Source of the DNA: a virus
Taxonomy: Duplodnaviria > Caudoviricetes
Strand: one strand, 5' to 3'
IMG/VR virus record: IMGVR_UViG_3300009181_000078
Span: 1-63,209 of that record
DNA length: 63,209 bases
Shown: positions 26,782 to 34,042 of the stretch, one piece after another
Position numbering within the stretch: position 1 is the stretch's first letter
How the letters are laid out: each line of letters starts with the position of its first letter
Translations under genes and position numbers: made by a program
The notes under the pieces: generated by a model
What the model saw: only the letters and a program-made list of their open reading frames with translations
The model's database searches: none
What the model was told of the DNA's origin: nothing

Positions 26782-26832
26782 TCCGTACCGGGATGAGCGT
26801 CCCGGCTGATGATTCTGAAAAGATGAAACGGA
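26782..26832 (+). ncRNA. Type III hammerhead ribozyme 3, variant (predicted cleavage GUA after 26787)
   Basis: UCCGUA / CCGGGAU-GAGC-GUCCCGG / CUGAUGA / U-UCU-GAAA-AGA-U / GAAA / CGGA. Confidence 0.85.
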
Positions 26833-26869
26833 AAATTTCTTAAATTTAACAAACATTAAAACCACGACA

Positions 26870-27094
26870 ATGCAAGTATTTAAAATCAACACGAGTGCTT
26901 GGGCAGAAGAGGACTTCTACCTGATGACAACCTTAGATGAGGAGCAAATCAAAAAAATTATTCAACCAATGGTAGACTACGAAAGGGAGAATGACATTCT
27001 TTATGACAACGATGACTATATCTTCGCACTGCAGGGGGCGTACCCTAAGGCGACTGTTGAGATGTATCAGGACTTCGATGTTATTTCATTTTAA
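26870..27094 (+). CDS. Acidic hypothetical protein
   Basis: ORF track. Confidence 0.7.
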   Translation: MQVFKINTSAWAEEDFYLMTTLDEEQIKKIIQPMVDYERENDILYDNDDYIFALQGAYPKATVEMYQDFDVISF

Positions 27095-27104
27095 ACCAAA
27101 TGCT

Positions 27105-27284
27105 ATGAAAAACTTTTTCAGAATATTATTGGGGTTCATTTACTTTTTTATGGGTATGATTTACTTCTTCTTAATATCGGTGCCCTTGGCTCTTACAATC
27201 TACGTGCTGTTGCACGTGGGTGTTTTAATCAAATTAATTTATAATCAAATCAAATCAGTATGCAAAAAAATCACTACGAGATGA
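27105..27284 (+). CDS. Small membrane protein (start moved to MKNFF)
   Basis: Long hydrophobic stretch; the new start avoids overlap with the upstream gene. Confidence 0.55.
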   Translation: MKNFFRILLGFIYFFMGMIYFFLISVPLALTIYVLLHVGVLIKLIYNQIKSVCKKITTR

Positions 27285-27571
27285 GTCAAGTGGCGGGTGC
27301 CAACTTGGAAATCGACTTTCTTCGGGATGAGGTAAAGCGATTAAAAGAAAAGTTAAACGATGGGGCGACAGCACGTGCGTTGCTCAGAAGCAAAGGGTAC
27401 TTTGTAGAAAACCTATGGTGCGTTGATGACGTTATGGAAAATTATGAATGTAACAGAGGCAAGGCTTACGAGGTGCTTGAGAAAGCAATGACCAACGAAG
27501 CTACTATGCAACAAATTTTTTTAGCTATTGACGATGCGTGTGACTATTTAGAAATCAAACAATTAAAATAA
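27260..27571 (+). CDS. Hypothetical protein
   Basis: ORF track. Confidence 0.7.
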   Translation: MQKNHYEMSQVAGANLEIDFLRDEVKRLKEKLNDGATARALLRSKGYFVENLWCVDDVMENYECNRGKAYEVLEKAMTNEATMQQIFLAIDDACDYLEIKQLK

Positions 27572-27578
27572 TAATCAA

Positions 27579-27974
27579 ATGGAAATCAAAATCATTCAAG
27601 GAGTAAAGCGAGAAGTCTTAGAAGATATTTTCGTAACAGCATTAGAGGGAGGCAGTAACTATTGGTACTTTCTACCTGAGGAGTCAATCAAAGCAATCCG
27701 CAAAGCGGTTCCTAAAGAGGAAGACCCGTACCTTAGCACAGCAATTTTAAAGGCTATCTTAGACCACGATGTGAAAGTGGCTATCAATGATGCCGAAGAG
27801 GAAGATGAGGTCGTAGGCGTTATTACACGTGGCACTATGCAGGCACGCCTGCAGTTGCTTGCAGAGAGTCCAAACAAGTGGGCATTAGATAGACACTTAA
27901 AAGAGGAAGGTGACGGAGACTCAGCAGATGTAGTCTTTCAATACCTAACTATGGGGGAGGTGGTTTATGGATAA
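27579..27974 (+). CDS. Hypothetical phage protein (TALEGGSNYW...GEVVYG)
   Basis: ORF track. Confidence 0.75.
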   Translation: MEIKIIQGVKREVLEDIFVTALEGGSNYWYFLPEESIKAIRKAVPKEEDPYLSTAILKAILDHDVKVAINDAEEEDEVVGVITRGTMQARLQLLAESPNKWALDRHLKEEGDGDSADVVFQYLTMGEVVYG

Positions 27975-28164
27975 GCAAGAAACGTTAATCGACAGACTGA
28001 GGATGTTGCAAGAGCAGGCGTCCCTATTAATTCAGGAGTTGGAAGCGAATCCAAACTTTCCTGATGGTCATATCATCACGAAGGAGTCGTGGGATAATGC
28101 AGATAAAATCACACACGATGGTTTTGTGTATGTGAAGTATAGCGATTTATTGTTTTATAAATAA
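27967..28164 (+). CDS. Hypothetical protein
   Basis: Coupled ORF. Confidence 0.65.
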   Translation: MDKQETLIDRLRMLQEQASLLIQELEANPNFPDGHIITKESWDNADKITHDGFVYVKYSDLLFYK

Positions 28165-28171
28165 ATTGAAC

Positions 28172-28179
28172 TATCTTTG
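28172..28179 (+). promoter_or_regulatory. -7 element TATCTTTG
   Basis: Intergenic TAnnTTTG. Confidence 0.6.
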
Positions 28180-28233
28180 TACGGAATTTAATCAAATTAA
28201 CGTGGGCTTTATGCCCACATAAACTTTAATCTA

Positions 28234-28455
28234 ATGGAGAAATTTATCAACAGCGGGAAATTTATGTGCAAGGAATCTTTCCTTGACAAGAACCCAAATG
28301 AAAAACTACGTAAAGACTGTACTGACGTGGTACACTACGTGGGGGGAGTGTATATTCAAGTCTTAGACTCAGGAGAATTTTATGTAGACGATGAATTTAA
28401 GAGCCGTTCACTTGATGAGGCAGAGGTAAAATTGTGGGAAAAAATTAACAAATAA
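28234..28455 (+). CDS. Hypothetical protein
   Basis: ORF track. Confidence 0.65.
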   Translation: MEKFINSGKFMCKESFLDKNPNEKLRKDCTDVVHYVGGVYIQVLDSGEFYVDDEFKSRSLDEAEVKLWEKINK

Positions 28456-28481
28456 ATGAACGATGTGTGAACATATTCACT

Positions 28482-28489
28482 TATATTTG
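28482..28489 (+). promoter_or_regulatory. -7 element TATATTTG
   Basis: 23 nt upstream of ATG 28512. Confidence 0.6.
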
Positions 28490-28511
28490 TTGTCTTAAAT
28501 TAAATTATTTT

Positions 28512-28814
28512 ATGAAACACGATGTTTTTAATCAGTATGTGGAGAGGGTTGCCGACCTATTTAATATAAAAAAGGAGGATATATTCTCAAAATCAAAGAA
28601 GAGGGAGTTTGTGGATGCGAGGCATCTCGTGTATTACCTATGCTCAAAGAGACCTATGCAAGTTACCTATATCCAAAAGTATATGAACGAAGCAGGGTAC
28701 GACATTAAGCACTCATCAATCATTCACGGCATCACTGCGGTTGAGCAGAAGATTGCAGAAGACAAGGACTACGTGTCTATTGTCAAGGATGTAGAGCGTG
28801 CCGTATTTATCTAA
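28512..28814 (+). CDS. DnaA C-terminal (domain IV)-like HTH DNA-binding protein
   Basis: SKSKKREFVDARHLVYYLC...KHSSIIHGI mirrors DnaA SKSR..ARQ.AMYL...DHTTV.HA. Confidence 0.8.
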   Translation: MKHDVFNQYVERVADLFNIKKEDIFSKSKKREFVDARHLVYYLCSKRPMQVTYIQKYMNEAGYDIKHSSIIHGITAVEQKIAEDKDYVSIVKDVERAVFI

Positions 28815-28824
28815 TCAAATACTT

Positions 28825-28840
28825 GCAGACTTTAGTCTGA
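28825..28840. repeat. Second palindrome family, copy 1 (GCAGACTTTAGTCTGA)
   Basis: 15/16 identical to 33445-33460. Confidence 0.75.
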
Positions 28841-28873
28841 AAGAACTTAATCAATCAAATCAAATCAAATCAA

Positions 28874-29515
28874 ATGGAAAAGAACCCAACGGTTTTTGAA
28901 AGGCTATCCGCCATTAACGTAAACGACCACGTTGAAAAGAAAAGCAATCTAACTTATTTATCTTGGGCGTGGGCTTGGTCAAAGACAAAGACTGAGTGCC
29001 CTGATGCCACGTACAAAATCGGTGAAACGACTTATGACGATGCACTTGGATTTATGTGCCACACTACTGTAACCATCGAAGACGAGACGCTTGAGATGTG
29101 GTTGCCGGTGATGGATGGTGCGAACAAGTCAATGAAGAAGACTGAGTACAGCTATAGTTCACGCTATGGCGACAAAAAAGTTGACGCTGCGACCACGTTC
29201 GACATTAACAAAACCATTATGCGTTGCTTGGTTAAGAACTTAGCGATGTTTGGATTAGGGATTTATATTTATGCAGGAGAGGATTTACCTGAGGGAGAGA
29301 CTACAGCTAAGGCTGAGGCTCCTAAGAAGACAGCACCTGCAACAGCAGATGGATTGGTAGACCTAAAGAAAGGTACTGACAATTGGAACGCAGTTGTGAA
29401 ATACGTTACGTCCAATAAGGCTATGGGCATTGAGAAGATTGGTGCACAGCTTACACGCAAGTACAAAATCAGTCCGGCATTAAAGAAAGAAATCGCTAAC
29501 ATTTTAAACGCATAA
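28874..29515 (+). CDS. Sak/DUF1071-like single-strand annealing protein (Rad52-like)
   Basis: LTYLSWAWAW, MWLPVMD, DINKTIMRCLVKNLAMFGLGIYIYAGEDLP. Confidence 0.88.
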   Translation: MEKNPTVFERLSAINVNDHVEKKSNLTYLSWAWAWSKTKTECPDATYKIGETTYDDALGFMCHTTVTIEDETLEMWLPVMDGANKSMKKTEYSYSSRYGDKKVDAATTFDINKTIMRCLVKNLAMFGLGIYIYAGEDLPEGETTAKAEAPKKTAPATADGLVDLKKGTDNWNAVVKYVTSNKAMGIEKIGAQLTRKYKISPALKKEIANILNA

Positions 29516-29517
29516 CA

Positions 29518-30258
29518 ATGGCAGATATAGATATTATCTTAGCACTACGTGACGACAATCAATACTACAATGGTATTGGTAAGAACTACCTATCTAATTC
29601 AGATATAGGCGTGCTACTTAGCAACCCTCAGGACTTCGGTAAGGAGCGAGAAGACAACAAAGCCTTTATGGATGGCAGATACTTTCATCAATTAATTTTG
29701 GAGCCTGAGAAGGCGAAGGGTATGCCGGCTGTAGATGTGAGTACACGTACTACCAAAGAGTATAAGTTGTTCTGCGAAGAAAATAACCTACCTTTTTGTA
29801 TGTTAAAGAAGGAGCAGGACGAGATTCAAAACCTTGTTAACATTATCAACGGGAATATTGCTTTCTATGATGAGATTTATAAATCAGGTAATCTTTACGA
29901 GACTCCGGCAGTTGGAACGATTCAGGGAATGATATGGAAGGGTAAGGCTGACATTGTCACTGACAATGCGGTGATTGACCTTAAGACTACGAGTGACATT
30001 CATAAGTTCAAGTATAGTGCGAAGTCGTATAACTACGATTCTCAGTGCTATATTTATCAGGAGTTGTTTGGTAAGCCATTGGTGTTCTATGTGATTGACA
30101 AAGGCACCGGAGTACTTGGTATTTTTAGACCAACAGAAGACTTTGTAAAAGGTGGCGAAATCAAAGTGGGCAAAGCGATTGAGGTGTATAATAAATACTT
30201 TAGTGCTAAGCCAACGGATGATATTGTAAACTACTACATTGACGAATATTTATTATAA
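29518..30258 (+). CDS. RecE/DUF3799-like PD-(D/E)XK exonuclease
   Basis: LSNS, G..FH..ILEP, KGKADI, IDLKTT, Y.Y..Q..IY. Confidence 0.85.
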   Translation: MADIDIILALRDDNQYYNGIGKNYLSNSDIGVLLSNPQDFGKEREDNKAFMDGRYFHQLILEPEKAKGMPAVDVSTRTTKEYKLFCEENNLPFCMLKKEQDEIQNLVNIINGNIAFYDEIYKSGNLYETPAVGTIQGMIWKGKADIVTDNAVIDLKTTSDIHKFKYSAKSYNYDSQCYIYQELFGKPLVFYVIDKGTGVLGIFRPTEDFVKGGEIKVGKAIEVYNKYFSAKPTDDIVNYYIDEYLL

Positions 30259-30278
30259 TATTGCATCCCCCGAAGCAA

Positions 30279-30294
30279 GTGTCTTCAAAGACAC
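30279..30294. repeat. 16-bp palindrome copy 7
   Basis: Directly before the tRNA-like RNA. Confidence 0.9.
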
Positions 30295-30298
30295 AGGG

Positions 30299-30394
30299 AG
30301 TCAGGGGCGGACGGTGACGCTTAGTTGAGTGTATTGGTTAATTCTGACGCACGAGATGAACAAATAATGCAGGTTCGATTCCTGCCCTGACGAC
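30299..30394 (+). ncRNA. tRNA-like RNA / pseudo-tRNA
   Basis: Acceptor stem GTCAGG/CCTGAC, D-like arm GCG-GACGGTGA-CGC, perfect T arm GCAGG-TTCGATT-CCTGC; no recognisable anticodon arm. Confidence 0.6.
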
Positions 30395-30469
30395 AACCGA
30401 TTATAGGCTTAGCCTCAGAGGTCTTTGATTGGTACAAATAGACTGAGGCAACAAAAAAAACAGAACAAA

Positions 30470-30784
30470 ATGGCAAACGAAGAAAAAATCTTTGCAGACG
30501 GATTCTCATTCAAGAGAAACGAAAAAGCACCTGACTTTGTAGTTGGGAGATTATCAATCAAGGCAGACGATGGAGTAGCATTCATCAGACAGCACGAGAA
30601 AGGTGGATGGGTTAACCTTAATGTAAAGACTGCACGTAGTGGTAATTATTACATTGAGTTGGATACCTACGAGCCGACTGCACAAAACGGTATGAAGCCA
30701 CAATCAGAGAAACAGGCTACGCCTAAGCAAAAGGCACCTGAACCTGAGGTTGCAGATGATGATGATGGAGAACTTCCATTTTAG
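30470..30784 (+). CDS. Probable single-stranded DNA-binding protein (start moved to MANEE)
   Basis: Small beta domain with acidic tail DDDDGELPF, next to Sak/RecE. Confidence 0.65.
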   Translation: MANEEKIFADGFSFKRNEKAPDFVVGRLSIKADDGVAFIRQHEKGGWVNLNVKTARSGNYYIELDTYEPTAQNGMKPQSEKQATPKQKAPEPEVADDDDGELPF

Positions 30785-30811
30785 AATTTACACCCATTTA
30801 GAAAAAGAATC

Positions 30812-30838
30812 GGGGGAGTGAAAACTTCCCCTTTTTTT
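30812..30838 (+). terminator. Intrinsic terminator
   Basis: GGGGGAGT-GAAA-ACTTCCCC followed by T7. Confidence 0.85.
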
Positions 30839-30850
30839 ACCTCTAATGCG

Positions 30851-31010
30851 TGACGAAAATGTCGATGTGTTTCCCCTATATTCTCTATATGTGTTTTTAT
30901 ATTCTTTTTATTTTCTTTGATTATAATTTGAACTTAAAATCGACATAATCGACATTAGTATTAGTAATCAGATAGTTAGATAGTTTAAAACGACATAAAA
31001 CCGACATAAG
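30851..31010. repeat. Iteron-like CGACAT array B upstream of the primase-helicase
   Basis: CGACAT at 30941, 30950, 30991, 31002; ATGTCG at 30859. Confidence 0.7.
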
Positions 31011-33434
31011 ATGGTACATAACGTGACGATATTCCAAAATATTAGAGATACTGACACGCCATTCTTCCGAGACGTACACGTTATACTCGAGAGAATGAAA
31101 GACGGAGCCGGTGCTACTAAGGATTTAGTAAAGAGAATACGATTAGAAAAGAGCAAGCCTGAGAGACAGGAACTAAAGAAGCAGTTACCTGCGATATGTT
31201 TTAGTGGTACGTTTAACAAGAGAACAGATGCCTCATTACTTGAGCATTCGGGATTGATATGTTTGGACTTCGATGGATATACGAAGCAGAAAGAACTATT
31301 ACAAGACAAAGAGAACTTATCAAAGAACAAGTATGTGTTTTCAGTATTCATTTCCCCTTCGGGCAATGGTCTGAAAGTGTTGGTGAAAATTCCGGCAGAT
31401 GCAGAGAACCATACGATGTACTTTAATTCATTAGAAAAGTACTTTAATTCGGCTTATTTCGACAAGACGAGCAAGAACCTCAGCCGAGTATGTTACGAGT
31501 CATATGACCCTCTAATTGCGATTAATGAGAATAGTAGTATTTGGGATAAGATTGAGGAGCCTGAATACACTGAGGTTAGTAAGACAAGAGACAAGGCAAC
31601 GATACCTATCACGGATGAGAATAAGATTGTGGAGATACTTGTAAAGTGGTGGGATAAAAAATATCCTATGCACGAGGGACAACGTAATCAGAATGCGTAT
31701 GTGCTTGCGATGGCATTTAATGATTTTGGTATTAACAAGAGCCTTGCATCTTACGTAATCAATCAGTTTGCAACAGAAGACTTTACGCTCAGAGAGATTG
31801 GAACGACCATTGACTCAGCGTACAGGCACACAGCTAACTTTGGTACTAAGTACTACGAGGATGAGGAGCGTATTAATATCATCAAAGCAAAATTAAGGAG
31901 AGGTGTATCAAAAAAAGAGATTCGCATCCAATTGCAAGACTCCAATTTGGAGAGCGAGACTATTGAATCGGTACTTAATAAGGTTGAGGAAGAGAATGCA
32001 ATGCAAACTTTTTGGGATAGAAACGATAGAGGAGTTATAAAGATTGTGCACGTACAGTTTAAGCAGTTCTTGGAAGACAATGGCTTTTACAAGTATTGCC
32101 CTGAGGGTGGGAAGAACTACATATTCGTAAAGGTTACAAACAATTTGATTGACCATACTTCTGAGAAAGAGATTAAGGACTTCGTGCTTACGCACTTGTT
32201 GGAGTTAGATGACATTGGAGTTTACAATTACTTCGCTGACAATACAAGATTCTTCAAGGAAGAGTTTCTGTCTTTACTATCAACGATTGAGATTTATTTT
32301 ATTGCTGATACCAAAGATGCGTCATACTTGTACTACAAGAATTGTGCTGTGAAGATTAGCAAGGAGGGGATAATAACACTTGACTACTTGGACTTGGGAG
32401 GATATGTGTGGAAAGACCACGTGATAGATAGGAACTTTAATATCTGCAGTGTGACCGAGAGATGTGACTTCAAAAAATTCGTGAGTAATATCAACGGTGA
32501 AGATGAGCAGCGAGTTAAGTCAATGGAGAGCACGCTTGGATTTTTAATGCACGGATATAAGAACCTATCATTCTGTCCGGCAGTAATCCTGAACGATGAG
32601 GTTATCAGCGACAACCCTGAGGGTGGAACAGGGAAGGGACTATTGATGAACGCACTTAGCAAGATGAAGAAATTAGTTGTTATTGATGGTAAGTCATTTG
32701 CTTTCGAGCGTAGCTTCGCTTATCAGTTGGTGTCAGCAGACACGCAGATACTTTGCTTTGATGATGTGAGAAAGCATTTTGACTTCGAGAGATTATTCTC
32801 AGTAGTTACAGAAGGTCTGACACTCGAGAAGAAAAACAAGGACGCCATCAAGATACCATTTAGCAGGTCTCCGAAGATTGCCATCACTACGAACTATGCG
32901 ATTAAGGGTGCCGGCAATTCATTCGCAAGAAGAAAGTGGGAGTTGGAGTTGCATCAGTATTATACCAAAGAGTTTACGCCACTTGATGAGTTTGGCAAGT
33001 TGATGTTTGGCGATTGGAACGATGAGGATTGGTGTGAGTTTGATAATTATATGATTGGTTGTTTAACGAATTATATCAAGACCGGACTTGTCAAGAGTAA
33101 GTTTGTGAACCTTAAGATTCGTCAGTTGTCAGCAGAGACTTGCCACGAGTTTATTGAGTGGTGTGGACTTGTTGATAGGCATCAGAATAGAGAGACTATG
33201 TTGCAGACTGACACGAGACTTTATAAAAACGAATTATATTCTAACTTCATTGACGAGTATCCTGACTATGGACCGAGAGGTAGGATGAGCGTGAGTAGAA
33301 CCAAGTTCTACAAATGGCTTATCGCTTATGGTATTTACAAGGAAGGAGTGATGCCACAGGAAGATAGAGACCAACAAGGTAGATGGATAATCATTAAAAG
33401 CAAACCTGAGGGGCTTGAAGAAGCACCTTTTTAA
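31011..33434 (+). CDS. Primase-helicase: BT4734/VirE-N-like AEP domain, PriCT-like domain and P-loop helicase
   Basis: LKKQLP..CFSG.F, GLICLDFD, FISPSGNGLK, GQRN, Walker A GGTGKG, Walker B LCFDD, ITTNY. Confidence 0.88.
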   Translation: MVHNVTIFQNIRDTDTPFFRDVHVILERMKDGAGATKDLVKRIRLEKSKPERQELKKQLPAICFSGTFNKRTDASLLEHSGLICLDFDGYTKQKELLQDKENLSKNKYVFSVFISPSGNGLKVLVKIPADAENHTMYFNSLEKYFNSAYFDKTSKNLSRVCYESYDPLIAINENSSIWDKIEEPEYTEVSKTRDKATIPITDENKIVEILVKWWDKKYPMHEGQRNQNAYVLAMAFNDFGINKSLASYVINQFATEDFTLREIGTTIDSAYRHTANFGTKYYEDEERINIIKAKLRRGVSKKEIRIQLQDSNLESETIESVLNKVEEENAMQTFWDRNDRGVIKIVHVQFKQFLEDNGFYKYCPEGGKNYIFVKVTNNLIDHTSEKEIKDFVLTHLLELDDIGVYNYFADNTRFFKEEFLSLLSTIEIYFIADTKDASYLYYKNCAVKISKEGIITLDYLDLGGYVWKDHVIDRNFNICSVTERCDFKKFVSNINGEDEQRVKSMESTLGFLMHGYKNLSFCPAVILNDEVISDNPEGGTGKGLLMNALSKMKKLVVIDGKSFAFERSFAYQLVSADTQILCFDDVRKHFDFERLFSVVTEGLTLEKKNKDAIKIPFSRSPKIAITTNYAIKGAGNSFARRKWELELHQYYTKEFTPLDEFGKLMFGDWNDEDWCEFDNYMIGCLTNYIKTGLVKSKFVNLKIRQLSAETCHEFIEWCGLVDRHQNRETMLQTDTRLYKNELYSNFIDEYPDYGPRGRMSVSRTKFYKWLIAYGIYKEGVMPQEDRDQQGRWIIIKSKPEGLEEAPF

Positions 33435-33444
33435 ACAATCATTC

Positions 33445-33460
33445 GCAGACTTTAGTCTGC
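33445..33460. repeat. Second palindrome family, copy 2 (GCAGACTTTAGTCTGC)
   Basis: 7-2-7 inverted repeat just after a stop codon. Confidence 0.75.
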
Positions 33461-33476
33461 AAAAAATTAATAACCT

Positions 33477-33710
33477 ATGACACCAAAAGAAAAAGCACAA
33501 GAATTATTTGATATATTTAATCAACCTGACAGAAGTAACTATCCTTATGTTCATAATGCTCAACAATGTGCATTAATAGCAGTAGATGAGATAATAAAAG
33601 CATCACCAACTAATCCATTAAAAAGTGGATACATAGAACTTTATTCTGATATGGTTGATGAATCTACTGAATATTGGGAAGATGTTAAAAAAGAAATAGA
33701 ACTATTATGA
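33477..33710 (+). CDS. Hypothetical protein (MTPKEKA...CALIAVDEI family)
   Basis: ORF track. Confidence 0.75.
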   Translation: MTPKEKAQELFDIFNQPDRSNYPYVHNAQQCALIAVDEIIKASPTNPLKSGYIELYSDMVDESTEYWEDVKKEIELL

Positions 33711-34042
33711 CGCAAGAACAAATGATACACGTAGGTATGATTAATTCATTCAACCTACTTACAGAACGCAACACACTTGAGGAGATTGCAATGTCAGACG
33801 TTAGTTTGTTTGCACACGTGCCGGATGAAGAGATACCAATTGAGTTGATTCAGTTGATGATGGACTACTTTCAGTCGTATGATATGTTTGAGAACTGCGT
33901 AGACTTGATGGAGTACATTGCCCTGAACTACAATGATGATGGTACACGCATACATAATGATTGCGAATGCCCTCAACCTGTAATTGAAAAGTATAAAAGA
34001 AAAATGTATTGTGGTCACTGTGAAAAAAGAATAAGAAAATGA
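33707..34042 (+). CDS. Hypothetical protein with C-terminal Zn ribbon
   Basis: CEC...CGHC. Confidence 0.7.
   Translation: MTQEQMIHVGMINSFNLLTERNTLEEIAMSDVSLFAHVPDEEIPIELIQLMMDYFQSYDMFENCVDLMEYIALNYNDDGTRIHNDCECPQPVIEKYKRKMYCGHCEKRIRK

Noticed and set aside
23683-30294. Repeated palindromes as a CRISPR array
   Set aside because: Copies are 1-3.5 kb apart with genes between them; there are no regular spacers and no cas genes.
30299-30394. Functional tRNA gene
   Set aside because: No anticodon stem-loop and a mismatched first acceptor pair; kept only as tRNA-like.
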